Shown: piece after piece, positions 9,518-19,549 of the stretch | Position numbering within the stretch: the stretch's first letter is position 1 | How the letters are laid out: the number at the start of each line of letters is the position of its first letter | Origin: Bacteroidales bacterium | GTDB lineage: Bacteria > Bacteroidota > Bacteroidia > Bacteroidales > UBA10428 | Direction of reading: 5' to 3' | Length of the DNA stretch: 64,000 nucleotides | Assembly (NCBI GenBank): GCA_016936215.1 | Contig: JAFGPL010000007.1 | Location: 12,448 to 76,447 of the forward strand | Made by a program: the position numbers and the translations under genes | Notes under the pieces: model-generated | Database searches by the model: none | What the model was told of the DNA's origin: nothing | The model's input: only the letters and a program-made list of their open reading frames with translations

Positions 9518-10174
9518 ATGAATGCTTATAAACATATAATTGCAACGTCTGTTTTGGCAGTTATTATGCAAATTATTGCAGCACAACCGTCAGAATTTCA
9601 GGTAACTGATTCACTTGTTTCGGACAAAGATTTCATACAGTCCGGGGAATTACAGGGATTTTCATGTCTTTCAGATCAGAAAAACAATAGAATTCCTTTA
9701 AAAATGAACTATTACGCGGGTACTGGTTTCTCATGGACGGGATTATACGGATCGGGGCAGGGAATCTATGCAGGTGCTGATGGATCAATGAAAATCAGTC
9801 AGCGTTTCAGGGTAAGTGCCGGTTCTTTCGTAAGATTTTCCAGATATTCTCATATGCCCTCCTTTTCAGCTTCAGAACCAGGTGTCTCATTTTCTTCCTT
9901 TAACCATGCCACCCTGGGGTTTTATGCAAAAGGGGACTACCTGTTAACGCCAAAACTTACGCTTACAGGGATTGCCTTCAAAGAGTTTTCCCCTTTTCAG
10001 AATGAGCACATCAATCCGATGTTCCTTAATTCCAACAGGGAAGGGGTGTCATTTCAGTTAAATTACAGGATATTGGAAAACCTTCACTTTGGCGCCCGCT
10101 TTGATTATATTAAGAACGATCAACCTTATTCTATTTACAGAAACCGTTCTGTTATTGACAACTATTTCTGGTAG
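9518..10174 (+). CDS. hypothetical exported protein, possibly an outer-membrane beta-barrel
   Basis: Signal peptide, alternating aromatic/small residue pattern and a C-terminal aromatic residue (NYFW). The track ORF begins at TTG 9506, but ATG 9518 is preferred. Confidence 0.45.
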   Translation: MNAYKHIIATSVLAVIMQIIAAQPSEFQVTDSLVSDKDFIQSGELQGFSCLSDQKNNRIPLKMNYYAGTGFSWTGLYGSGQGIYAGADGSMKISQRFRVSAGSFVRFSRYSHMPSFSASEPGVSFSSFNHATLGFYAKGDYLLTPKLTLTGIAFKEFSPFQNEHINPMFLNSNREGVSFQLNYRILENLHFGARFDYIKNDQPYSIYRNRSVIDNYFW

Positions 10175-10182
10175 AAACTGCC

Positions 10183-10857
10183 ATGGAGTTAATTTTCATA
10201 GCCCTGACCCCTGTTTTTATTATTGCTTTTTATATTTTCTATCGTGACAAATACGAAAAAGAGCCTGTTTTACAGCTTACGAAGGCACTTTTTGCCGGTG
10301 TGCTGATAAGTATGCCGGTTATTTTTGTTGAGCGGCTTCTGTCTGTTGTAGCCCCGATCTTCGGTCTCCTCCGCCCTGCATACGATGCATTTATAGTGGC
10401 AGCATTTACAGAAGAACTTTTTAAATTTATTGCACTATATTTTTTGTTCTGGAAAAACCCTGATTTCAGCGAAAAATTTGACGGTCTTGTTTATGCTGTT
10501 TTTGTTTCGCTCGGTTTTGCAGGCTTTGAGAATATTCTGTATGTTATCAATGGAGGTATTTTAGTCGGATGGACACGGGCAATTACTGCTGTCCCTGCGC
10601 ATGCGCTTTTTGGTGTGGTTATGGGGTATTATTTCGGCATGGCTAAGTTTTTTCCTGCCATTAAATCCAGGTACCTGCAGCTCTCGTTTATGCTGCCCTG
10701 GTTGTTGCATGGTATTTACGATCTTATTCTCATGTCAGGACATCCGGTTTTACTATGGGTTTTTATACCATTTATTATTTTCCTCTGGATTACCGGTTTT
10801 AGGAGGATGAAGATGCTTTCCGACAACAGAAGCTGGACTTTTAAGGAAAAGAGCTAA
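10183..10857 (+). CDS. PrsW-family intramembrane protease
   Basis: Multi-pass membrane protein with FTEELFKF and HALFG motifs. Confidence 0.7.
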   Translation: MELIFIALTPVFIIAFYIFYRDKYEKEPVLQLTKALFAGVLISMPVIFVERLLSVVAPIFGLLRPAYDAFIVAAFTEELFKFIALYFLFWKNPDFSEKFDGLVYAVFVSLGFAGFENILYVINGGILVGWTRAITAVPAHALFGVVMGYYFGMAKFFPAIKSRYLQLSFMLPWLLHGIYDLILMSGHPVLLWVFIPFIIFLWITGFRRMKMLSDNRSWTFKEKS

Positions 10858-10875
10858 CGAAGCAATCAATCAGTA

Positions 10876-12003
10876 TCACTTTACAATTTTCATATTCTGC
10901 AGAAAGTATACCTCGCTGCCTTTCCAGGGCTTAATGCAGATGTCAATATCCCCGTCACCGTCTATGTCTCCGCAGGTTGCATCAAAACTTTCATATCCGT
11001 TCAGTATTTCTTTTTCAGCCCACGTATCCCCGATACCATCGGTATTTTCCCATATAATGCAACGTTTTCTCAGGTCTGAAGTCATCGGGCCTGCACCGGA
11101 AAAAACATCCGGGTCATTATCATTGTCAAAATCAGCCACGCAAAGGCTGTGCAGGTCTTGTGTGGTTTCAAAGGCAATATGGTGGGTAAACCAGTTTATT
11201 CCTTTACCGTCTTTATTGGCATGCCATGCCATTTTGCATTTGCCGTTGTTCGACATGGCCTGCACGATATCTGTATCTCCGTCCTTGTCCCAGTCAAGTA
11301 CAAAAACCCTTGAAGAATTTGCAAATTTCCCGAGGCTTTCAACATAGCTTATTGTACGGTGTATTCCCCATTTGCTTCCATCCCCGGCAAGGTTATCGAA
11401 CCACACGTTAGACCTTACAATGTCATTGTCCCCGTCATTGTCCATATCGGCAATTCCATAAGGTGCAATCCCGCCTGTTACCCCGTCGCCGATCCTTACT
11501 TTCTTCCATTTTTTCCTGGGCGATGCAGAAAAGTTATACCAGAAAAGCCCTTCCTGCTCGCTGAGGGCAACAATGTCAGTTGTACCGTCGCCGTTAATAT
11601 CACCGGCAATCATATCATATGCATAAATGGCGCCGTTTTCATACCTATCGAAAGGCTTTTTCGGATCACCGGTATTCCTGTACCATGTTCCGCCGGCAAC
11701 ATGGTCGAGCCAGCCATCACCGTCAACATCTATGGTTATCCCTCCCTTGTCGGTAAGACAAAGGTCGCCTATCAGGTGCCTTACCCATTTATCGGCCGAC
11801 TGGTATTCAAACCACCATACCGAACCACCACCCGAACCGACAATAAAGTCGAGGTCGCCGTCTTTGTCCATATCAACCAGCGAGGACTGGCCAAGCAGTT
11901 CTTCTTCAGTTTCACCAATCTTATTTAATTTAAATTCAGGTATTTGTGCATTACTAAACGAAAAGGCAAGAATAGACAGTAAGATTAACAATGATGATTT
12001 CAT
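10876..12003 (-). CDS. FG-GAP / VCBS repeat protein, secreted
   Basis: Signal peptide and repeated Ca-binding-like motifs: DMDKDGDLDFIV, DVDGDGWLDHV, DINGDGTTDIV, DMDNDGDNDIV, DWDKDGDTDIV, DIDGDGDIDI. Confidence 0.75.
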   Translation of the reverse strand: MKSSLLILLSILAFSFSNAQIPEFKLNKIGETEEELLGQSSLVDMDKDGDLDFIVGSGGGSVWWFEYQSADKWVRHLIGDLCLTDKGGITIDVDGDGWLDHVAGGTWYRNTGDPKKPFDRYENGAIYAYDMIAGDINGDGTTDIVALSEQEGLFWYNFSASPRKKWKKVRIGDGVTGGIAPYGIADMDNDGDNDIVRSNVWFDNLAGDGSKWGIHRTISYVESLGKFANSSRVFVLDWDKDGDTDIVQAMSNNGKCKMAWHANKDGKGINWFTHHIAFETTQDLHSLCVADFDNDNDPDVFSGAGPMTSDLRKRCIIWENTDGIGDTWAEKEILNGYESFDATCGDIDGDGDIDICIKPWKGSEVYFLQNMKIVK

Positions 12004-12211
12004 GGTAGATTTTTTATTTTTCTTTACGGTTATTTTACCCTAAAAGATACAAAAAAAACATGAAGGAATTGCAGGCTTCAATTAAAAAATAATCCTTAAA
12101 ATCATAGCACAGCAGGATACTCTAATGAATAATGAACCGGTGAAAATGATAATTTTTTATCATTGGCCCGATTTCAAAGATTGCAGGGATATAAAATAAA
12201 GATTCAATAAC

Positions 12212-15010
12212 TTACCTTGCAGAAAAATCAAAATAACATGTTAGTTCTTTCGGGCGTTTTCTGCCATAATCATAGTACATATTCAACCTGCCCGAAGGCC
12301 CCATATTTTCAGGTTTCTGCGATTTGGTTCCGATGGGAGGGATGCCGTGCATAAGCGAAATATCCCCTGGGGGAAAGGGTGGGGCAGTGTTATAGGCATC
12401 TTTTGGGGAACCGGGTGTAAACAATCTCAGGAAAATATCTTCGGTTGCACAAACAATCCTGAAAGGCTGTTCTTTAGTCAGTATTTCTGCACAATAGAAA
12501 CGGGAGTGGTAACCCTTGAACTCGGGATAAATAAAATCTTTTTCACCGGTAATGGTGTTATTGTATTTTTTCTCCCAAACACCCAAGGTGTTTCCTTTTA
12601 CCCGGTTTTTCCATGCATGGTAAGGGCCATCACCCAACCATTTTATTCCTTTTACCAGGTTTTCGGGATATGAAAAACTGATGCCCATCATAGCCGATTC
12701 GTAACCTGCAGGACAATATTTCACTTCGAGTTTTAACCATCCGGAAGGGTAAACAGTCCATACAAGGTTGTTATAATGGCTCTCTTTGCCGAAAGTGTAA
12801 TGAATCTCAAGATTTTCACCTGATGATTTGTATTCCAGTGCTTTAAAATCTGCTTTTCCATCGCACAGCACTGGACCGTTTCCAAACGGGATGATGCCTT
12901 TTTGGTTTTCAATTTCCTGAAGCAGCCCCGTATTCTTATTGATTTTTATCCTGATTTCATTTGCTGCAACAATCAGCATTGAATCATGCTCATTAACAGT
13001 AATTTTTTTCGAACCATCAGTAGTAATTATTTTTTCGGCTATTCTGACTGGTTTTTGCAATGGCCAGCTCCAGGTATATATTTCCCGGCCATGGGGATCA
13101 AAGGCTGAAAGGTATAAAATATCGTAAACAGACCAGTTTGCTGGCATATTAATTCTGAGCATGCCTTCTTCGCCGGGTGCTATATCGGGTGGTTCAATCC
13201 TGATAGGATTTGTAGAGACTTTTTCACCTCCAAAGGGATTTGTTATCTGTGCAAACTGACAATTAAACCTGCAATCTTTTAGATTAGTAAAAAATGACCT
13301 GTTCTCAATTTTAAAGCTGCCATCGAAGGCTGGTGTGATCTCTTTAGGCTCAAACCAGATTGGTGACCAGACCTCTTTCACCGTGAAAAAACTGCCTTCT
13401 TTCTCCCGGTATGGCCCCAAAATACCGTCTGCGGCATGATTTCCGTCAGAATCAAGTTCTCCGTTCCTGTCGGTCCTTACCACGGCTTCATCTGAAAAAA
13501 CCCATAAAAATCCGCCGGCAGATAAAGGATGCCTCCACATGAGTTCCCAGTAATCATCCAGCCCTGCGCCATGACCTCCGTCATATAGCCCGTGTAGGAA
13601 TTCGGTAGGAAAAAAGACTTCATGTCCCTGGAAATGTGTGCCATTGCCATAATTATAATTGATATAGTGCTGGGTATCCATACCTCTGAAAGTCTCCCAG
13701 GCATGAATTACGGGGCGTTTCTGAATGTCGAGACTGTCATATAAAGGCAGAAGGTTATGGTTGTGGCCGCCCTCGTTGCCGTTGACCCACATTACGATGG
13801 ATGGGTGGTTCATATTGCTGAAAAGCATTTCTTTTACAAGCCTGGTTCCAACTTCTGTATCATAGGCATCGTGCCAGCCACCGAGTTCATCAAGCACCAT
13901 CAAACCCAGCGAATCACAGGCATCGTAAAAATGGTTATCGGCGGGATAATGTGAGTTTCGGACAGCATTCATGTTCATGTCTTTCATAAGGTTTACATCT
14001 GCAATGCTCAAGTCTTTATTTAAGGTGCGCCCCGATTCAGGCCAGAAAGAGTGCCTGCAAATTCCCCTGAATTTTATTTTTTTACCGTTAAGATAAATGC
14101 CATCGCGCTCAAGTAGTTCTAAAGTCCTGAAACCGAAGTGCTCTGTTATGCAATGGACTATCTTTCCTTTCTGAAGCAGGTTGAATTCCACTTTATAAAG
14201 GTTTGGAAATTCGGGTGACCATTGATCCGGATTGTCAAAATTTCCCTGCAGGTTAACAACAGAATTGTTTTTAGCAATTTTTGACTGCATTATATTTCCA
14301 ATTCTTTCGCCTTTCATGTTAAAAACCTGGGCTGTAATCTCGTCTGCGCCTTCAATATTTTCTAACCAGACTGAGGCTGTGAAACGGCCCTCATGTCCTG
14401 CTTTGATGGCCGCAAATGAAATATTCTGTTTTGGCAGGGCCTCAAGGCACACCGGCCTGAAAATACCGCCAAAAATCCAGTAGTCAGCAAACCTTTCTGC
14501 ACGGTTAACCGAGTAGTTAGATGAGTGTTTGTCTACTTTTACCTCAAGCAGGTTGATCGCGTTAAATTTCAGTAAATTGGTGATTTCGTAGCGAAAACGG
14601 TAAAAAGCACCCTGGTGAATGGGCCCGGCTTTCTTGCCGTTAATTTTAACTTCGGTATCGGTCATTGACCCATCGAAGACAATATGAATGATTTTGTTTT
14701 TCCAATCTGGCGGTACCTGGAACCGATACCTGTAAAGGCCGCTCTCTTTTCCCCTTGCAGTATCTTTTGCATGGCCGTAATTATATTTGCCGAACCCCTG
14801 TGTCTCCCAGTTTGAGGGTACCTGAATGGTAGTCCATTTGCCGGAATTTCTTCCTGATGTACAGTAAAACTCCCATTCAACGGTTTTGTCATTGCCGGTG
14901 CCTGAAAGATACAACTTTTGTGTTTCCTGTGCGGTTGACAGCATAAAAACCAGCATAAAGACAATGGTATAAAAAATTTTCAAGTGGATTGATTTCATCA
15001 TACAGAACAT
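12212..15010 (-). CDS. glycoside hydrolase family 2 (beta-galactosidase/beta-glucuronidase-like)
   Basis: 932 aa with a signal peptide. GH2 TIM-barrel motifs include NAVRNSHYPADNHFYDACDSLGLMVLDE and WVNGNEG. The true start may be a few codons downstream (MMKS). Confidence 0.85.
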   Translation of the reverse strand: MFCMMKSIHLKIFYTIVFMLVFMLSTAQETQKLYLSGTGNDKTVEWEFYCTSGRNSGKWTTIQVPSNWETQGFGKYNYGHAKDTARGKESGLYRYRFQVPPDWKNKIIHIVFDGSMTDTEVKINGKKAGPIHQGAFYRFRYEITNLLKFNAINLLEVKVDKHSSNYSVNRAERFADYWIFGGIFRPVCLEALPKQNISFAAIKAGHEGRFTASVWLENIEGADEITAQVFNMKGERIGNIMQSKIAKNNSVVNLQGNFDNPDQWSPEFPNLYKVEFNLLQKGKIVHCITEHFGFRTLELLERDGIYLNGKKIKFRGICRHSFWPESGRTLNKDLSIADVNLMKDMNMNAVRNSHYPADNHFYDACDSLGLMVLDELGGWHDAYDTEVGTRLVKEMLFSNMNHPSIVMWVNGNEGGHNHNLLPLYDSLDIQKRPVIHAWETFRGMDTQHYINYNYGNGTHFQGHEVFFPTEFLHGLYDGGHGAGLDDYWELMWRHPLSAGGFLWVFSDEAVVRTDRNGELDSDGNHAADGILGPYREKEGSFFTVKEVWSPIWFEPKEITPAFDGSFKIENRSFFTNLKDCRFNCQFAQITNPFGGEKVSTNPIRIEPPDIAPGEEGMLRINMPANWSVYDILYLSAFDPHGREIYTWSWPLQKPVRIAEKIITTDGSKKITVNEHDSMLIVAANEIRIKINKNTGLLQEIENQKGIIPFGNGPVLCDGKADFKALEYKSSGENLEIHYTFGKESHYNNLVWTVYPSGWLKLEVKYCPAGYESAMMGISFSYPENLVKGIKWLGDGPYHAWKNRVKGNTLGVWEKKYNNTITGEKDFIYPEFKGYHSRFYCAEILTKEQPFRIVCATEDIFLRLFTPGSPKDAYNTAPPFPPGDISLMHGIPPIGTKSQKPENMGPSGRLNMYYDYGRKRPKELTCYFDFSAR

Positions 15011-15113
15011 TATTTTTTAAAAAGTAGGAGCAATAAAACCTGATTTAACATAAAGTCTAAAAATTAATTCAAGATTTATTTGCAAATCTATGAGAAGAAA
15101 ATTAATATTGCAA

Positions 15114-15127
15114 TAAAAACGTTTACA
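15114..15127. promoter_or_regulatory. candidate LacI-family operator (imperfect palindrome TAAAAACGTTTACA)
   Basis: It lies in the divergent GH2/LacI intergenic region and resembles the generic LacI/GalR operator TGnAAnCGnTTnCA, with a central CG. Confidence 0.35.
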
Positions 15128-15173
15128 TTATTCAATTAAAATACAACCTGCTAATAACCTAAAAAACAATAAT

Positions 15174-16193
15174 ATGGCTTATGAAAACGATTACAAGGCG
15201 GTAAGCCTTTATGAGGTTGCTGATAAAGCAGGGGTTTCAAGTGCCACAGTATCAAGGGTTATTAATAATAGTCCCAATGTAAACCCTGAAACCCGCCTGA
15301 GGGTGCAGCAGGTGATAAAAGAACTGAGGTACACTCCCAACAGGGTTGCAAAAAGGCTGAGAAACAGAAATGCATCCAACAACCTGTTGGGAGTGCTTAT
15401 ACCGGATATTCAAAATCCATTTTATGTTGAAGTACTCAGGGGAATTGAAGATGTAGCCTATGAAAACAAATACGCGCTTATCGTTTGCAATTTTTCCCAG
15501 GATGAAAAAAAAGAAAAACTTTACCTGGATATTCTGTTATCTGAATCGGTTGACGGATTAATAGCTGCCCCCACACACGAGAACGACCAGAAGGTAATTA
15601 ACATAGTAAAAAGCGGCCTTCCGATCGTATGTGTTGACAGGGGGCTTACGGGTGTAGATGTAGACCTTGTGGTAGTTGAAAACCGCAACGGGGCCTATTC
15701 TGCAGTTGATTTTCTGGCAAAGCAGGGATATAAAAGAATTGCCTATATCTCAGGCTTACCGCAGTTACCATCAAGCAGACAGCGTGAGTCGGGATATAAG
15801 GATGCGCTTGCAGATAATGGCCTGGTTTTCGATGGTTCCCTTGTTAAATATGGTGATTCACGTCACGAAAGCGGGGTGAAACTGTCTGAAGAACTTTTAA
15901 ACCTCGAAAATCCTGCCGACGCGATTTTTACAGGAAACAACCTGATTACCCTTGGCGCTTTGGAGACCATTCACAAAAGAGGATTAAGGATACCAGATGA
16001 TGTCGCTATCATTGGTTTTGACGATATGTACTGGTCTATTTCATTAAATCCTCCACTTACAGCGGTGAGACAACCGGCTTACGAGATCGGAAAACGGTCC
16101 GCCGAACTGCTTATCCAGCGAATCACAGACCCGGCGCGCCCTACTGTAAGTATGACTTTAAAAACAGAATTGATGATCAGAAATTCATGCTGA
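15174..16193 (+). CDS. LacI-family transcriptional regulator
   Basis: N-terminal helix-turn-helix LYEVADKAGVSSATVSRVINN followed by a periplasmic-binding-protein-like sugar-binding fold. Length is 339 aa. Confidence 0.9.
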   Translation: MAYENDYKAVSLYEVADKAGVSSATVSRVINNSPNVNPETRLRVQQVIKELRYTPNRVAKRLRNRNASNNLLGVLIPDIQNPFYVEVLRGIEDVAYENKYALIVCNFSQDEKKEKLYLDILLSESVDGLIAAPTHENDQKVINIVKSGLPIVCVDRGLTGVDVDLVVVENRNGAYSAVDFLAKQGYKRIAYISGLPQLPSSRQRESGYKDALADNGLVFDGSLVKYGDSRHESGVKLSEELLNLENPADAIFTGNNLITLGALETIHKRGLRIPDDVAIIGFDDMYWSISLNPPLTAVRQPAYEIGKRSAELLIQRITDPARPTVSMTLKTELMIRNSC

Positions 16194-16209
16194 TAATTTA
16201 GAAACAGAT

Positions 16210-17364
16210 TTGTCAATTATGGACAGGATTATTTTCAATTACCCACGTCGTTTGGTCATCGGAGAAAACAGCCTGCAGCAGTTTGCCGCTGATTTTCAGT
16301 CTGAGGGTTTCCGTCGTTTGTTTATCCTGCTTATACCCGCGCTAATTGACAAACTTCAGCCCGTTATTACAGTTATCGGGCAAAATGGGATTGACATTAA
16401 AATATATACTTACACAAAAGAAGAACCTACTTTTGATGATTTTAATGATGTATTGAAAGATGCCCGTGCGTTTAAGGCCGACAGCATTGCCGGTATCGGG
16501 GGGGGCAGTGTCCTGGATGTGGCCAAACTTCTGGCTGCTATGCTTTATTCTTCTTTAAAGGCAGAAAATGTTGCGGGTAACGGTTTGATAACTGAAAGAA
16601 AGACCTTTCTCGCATGTATCCCTACCACCTCAGGCACCGGAAGTGAGGTTTCACCCAATGCGATCCTGCTTGACAGGAAAGATCAGTTAAAAAAAGGCAT
16701 CATCAGCCCTTTTCTGGTCCCGGACAATGTGTACATTGACCCGCTTTTAACCGTTAGCCTTTCTCCTTTAGTCACAGCCTTTACAGGTATAGATGCCCTG
16801 ACTCATTGTGTAGAGGCTTTTGCCAATCGCTATGCGCATCCGGTAACGGATACCCTGGCGCTTGAGGGTATTAAATTAATTTGCGCAAACCTGGTTAAAG
16901 CCGTGGAGAATGGCGGTGATCTTGAAGCGCGCTCAAACCTTGCACTGGCAAGTATGTATGGCGGGATGTGCCTTGGCCCTGTTAATACAGGGGCAGTGCA
17001 CGCACTCGCTTATCCGTTGGGCAGTATTTTTAAGGTCGCACATGGACTCTCGAATGCGCTTCTCTTGCCTTATGTGATGGAATACAACCTGTCTGCTGCA
17101 GTATCCAGGTATGCTGATATTGCCCGGGCAGCAGGGTCGGTAAACCCGGGAAACGAATCTGAGGTTGCTGGTGATGGCATCAGGATAATCAAAGAAATGA
17201 TCGAACGGTGCAGGTTACCTTTACACCTATCGGATGTAGGAATATCAGAAAATGATGTTGACAAAATGGCTGAGTCTGCAATCACCGTGCAGCGGCTATT
17301 AAAAAACAATGTAAAGGACTTAAACATACAGGATATTAAAGATATTTACCATAAAGCGCTTTGA
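16210..17364 (+). CDS. iron-containing (group III) alcohol dehydrogenase
   Basis: GIGGGSVLDVAK motif and a His cluster (HCVEAF, HALAYPLG...AHG). TTG at 16210 or ATG at 16219 could be the start. Confidence 0.85.
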   Translation: MSIMDRIIFNYPRRLVIGENSLQQFAADFQSEGFRRLFILLIPALIDKLQPVITVIGQNGIDIKIYTYTKEEPTFDDFNDVLKDARAFKADSIAGIGGGSVLDVAKLLAAMLYSSLKAENVAGNGLITERKTFLACIPTTSGTGSEVSPNAILLDRKDQLKKGIISPFLVPDNVYIDPLLTVSLSPLVTAFTGIDALTHCVEAFANRYAHPVTDTLALEGIKLICANLVKAVENGGDLEARSNLALASMYGGMCLGPVNTGAVHALAYPLGSIFKVAHGLSNALLLPYVMEYNLSAAVSRYADIARAAGSVNPGNESEVAGDGIRIIKEMIERCRLPLHLSDVGISENDVDKMAESAITVQRLLKNNVKDLNIQDIKDIYHKAL

Positions 17365-17368
17365 TAAG

Positions 17369-18298
17369 ATGACCGGAAAGCCAGATAAAAAGTATAAAGG
17401 TGTTATCGTTCCAATGGTTACACCGCTAACAGCAGAGGGTAAAATTGACAACGATGCAGTTGCTGCCATCATGCAGAAACTCTACGAAGCCGGCGCTCAT
17501 CCTTTTGTGCTTGGTACAACCGGCGAATCTGTCTCCGTGCCGGTTACCGAAAAATTGCAACTGGTCGGGGCGATTATGGATAATAAGATGAGCGGTATGA
17601 TTGTATTTGCAGGCATATCCGGTAATTCTCTTCAGGAATCCGTAGAGCAGGCCCGGTTATTTGCAGAAAGAGGTGTTGATGCAGTAGTGGCTCATCTGCC
17701 ATTTTACTTTCCGCTTTCCCCGGAACAGATGCTGAAGTATTTTCTGCATTTGGCCGCCAGGGTACCTTTACCGCTGATTATATATAATAATCCGATTACG
17801 GTTAAACAATCCATTCCCATAGATGTAGCCGAGCAATTAAGTTACCATAGCAATATTGCGGGCATGAAAGATTCAGAACGAGGCCTGGAACGTCTTGACA
17901 GATCGTTAAAGCTATGGAAATCAAGACCTGATTTTTCATTTCTTGTTGGCTGGAGTGCCCAGTCAGCTTATTCGATCCTGAATGGTGCAGACGGAATAGT
18001 ACCGGGTACCGGCAATTTCATGCCAAGGCTTTATAAGAATATATACGATGCGGCAATGCATGGTGACAGCACAAATGCATTTGAATACCAGGAAAAAGCC
18101 GATCGTATTTCAGATATTTATCTGAAGGATAAAAATATAAGTCAATCAATCCCTGCACTCAAATACCTGATGTCGCTTTCAGGCCTGTGTCAGCCGTATG
18201 TGCTTTCCCCGCTGGTCGAAGCTGATGATCGTGCAAAAAGTATCATCAGGGAAGAAGCAGAGAAGGTTCTGATATCAGAAAATATAGAATGGAAATAA
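17369..18298 (+). CDS. DapA / N-acetylneuraminate-lyase family class I aldolase (or dehydratase)
   Basis: GTTGES motif, IYNNP, and the Schiff-base lysine context NIAGMKDSE. Length is 309 aa. Confidence 0.85.
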   Translation: MTGKPDKKYKGVIVPMVTPLTAEGKIDNDAVAAIMQKLYEAGAHPFVLGTTGESVSVPVTEKLQLVGAIMDNKMSGMIVFAGISGNSLQESVEQARLFAERGVDAVVAHLPFYFPLSPEQMLKYFLHLAARVPLPLIIYNNPITVKQSIPIDVAEQLSYHSNIAGMKDSERGLERLDRSLKLWKSRPDFSFLVGWSAQSAYSILNGADGIVPGTGNFMPRLYKNIYDAAMHGDSTNAFEYQEKADRISDIYLKDKNISQSIPALKYLMSLSGLCQPYVLSPLVEADDRAKSIIREEAEKVLISENIEWK

Positions 18299-18302
18299 TT
18301 CA

Positions 18303-19364
18303 ATGAACGAGGAGAAAAAATACAGACCACTTCTTGCGGTAACGATGGGCGATCCTGCCGGGATAGGTCCGGAAATAGCTCTTAAAACGGTTCCTGACAA
18401 AAGAGTATTGGACATTAGCAGGCCCGTGCTTATTGCGAATGCTGAAATCATTAAAAACACAAAAGAAATGGTGGAACCGGGAACCAGGCTTCGTGTTATT
18501 GAAAAGATTAATGATGCTGATTTTCAGCCTGGTATAATTAATATCATTGACATACCCTCTCCCAATATTCAACAGGTAAGGCTGGGTGAAATATCAGCAG
18601 CAGCTGGTGATATTGCTTTCAGGGCTATCAAAACAGCTATTGACCTGGCTATGAATGGAGATGTGGACGGGACGGTTACAGGTCCGATCAACAAGGAGTC
18701 TATTAATCTTGCCGGTCATCATTTTTCAGGACATACCGAGATATATGCACATTATACCAAAAGTAAAAAGCCGGCAATGATGCTGGTAGATGATAACTTC
18801 AGGGTGGTTCATGTTACAACACATGTCTCTTTGAGGCAGGCATGCGATATGGTAAAGAGAGAGAGGGTACTGGATGTAATTCAGCTTGCATACCAGGAAA
18901 CCATAAAGCTCGGCATTGATCATCCGAGAATCGGTGTTGCCGGTTTAAATCCCCATGCCGGTGATGGCGGATTGTTTGGTGATGAAGAGATAAACGAGAT
19001 TCTTCCTGCCATTGAAGATGCCTGCAAAATGGGCATTCTGGCTGAAGGCCCGATACCGCCCGATTCGCTTTTTGCCCTTGCACGAGGAGGGAAATTTGAT
19101 GTGTGCGTGGCTATGTACCATGACCAGGGTCATATACCTTTTAAACTTTTGGGTTTTCAGTGGGATGAAATAAAAAACAGTATGAAAAGTGTGAAAGGGG
19201 TGAACGTGACCCTGGGTTTGCCGATAATACGTACCTCGGTTGACCATGGTACAGCATTTGAAATTGCAGGCAAGGGGATCGCAAGCCCCGATGCCCTGAT
19301 GAACGCGATTGAATACGCTGTAAAACTGTGTAAAAACAAAAGAATGAATGAGGAATTGAAATGA
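18303..19364 (+). CDS. PdxA-family NAD-dependent dehydrogenase (PdxA2-like, 4-phospho-tetronate dehydrogenase type)
   Basis: Motifs GDPAGIGPEI, GHTE, NPHAGDGG, HDQGH and TSVDHGTAF. Confidence 0.85.
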   Translation: MNEEKKYRPLLAVTMGDPAGIGPEIALKTVPDKRVLDISRPVLIANAEIIKNTKEMVEPGTRLRVIEKINDADFQPGIINIIDIPSPNIQQVRLGEISAAAGDIAFRAIKTAIDLAMNGDVDGTVTGPINKESINLAGHHFSGHTEIYAHYTKSKKPAMMLVDDNFRVVHVTTHVSLRQACDMVKRERVLDVIQLAYQETIKLGIDHPRIGVAGLNPHAGDGGLFGDEEINEILPAIEDACKMGILAEGPIPPDSLFALARGGKFDVCVAMYHDQGHIPFKLLGFQWDEIKNSMKSVKGVNVTLGLPIIRTSVDHGTAFEIAGKGIASPDALMNAIEYAVKLCKNKRMNEELK

Positions 19365-19411
19365 TGGAAGTATTTGACAATGATTTGCTATTTACCAAAT
19401 TACTAATGAGC

Positions 19412-19543
19412 TGATTTGATGATTTGAAGATTTGTAAATGGAGGTAAACCGGAAGTGTTGAAGAATAACAATAATACTGAAAGACAATATTCTTTTATGC
19501 TTTTGACAATTAGCCTTGAAACTTGTAACGTGAAACTTGTAAC
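19412..19543. repeat. two blocks of short direct oligonucleotide repeats in the pdxA-like/kinase spacer
   Basis: TGATTTGA TGATTTGA AGATTTG at 19412-19434 and TGAAACTTGTAAC G TGAAACTTGTAAC at 19517-19543. They resemble the repeat arms seen around the small cassettes elsewhere in the window. Confidence 0.5.
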
Positions 19544-19549
19544 TATAAA

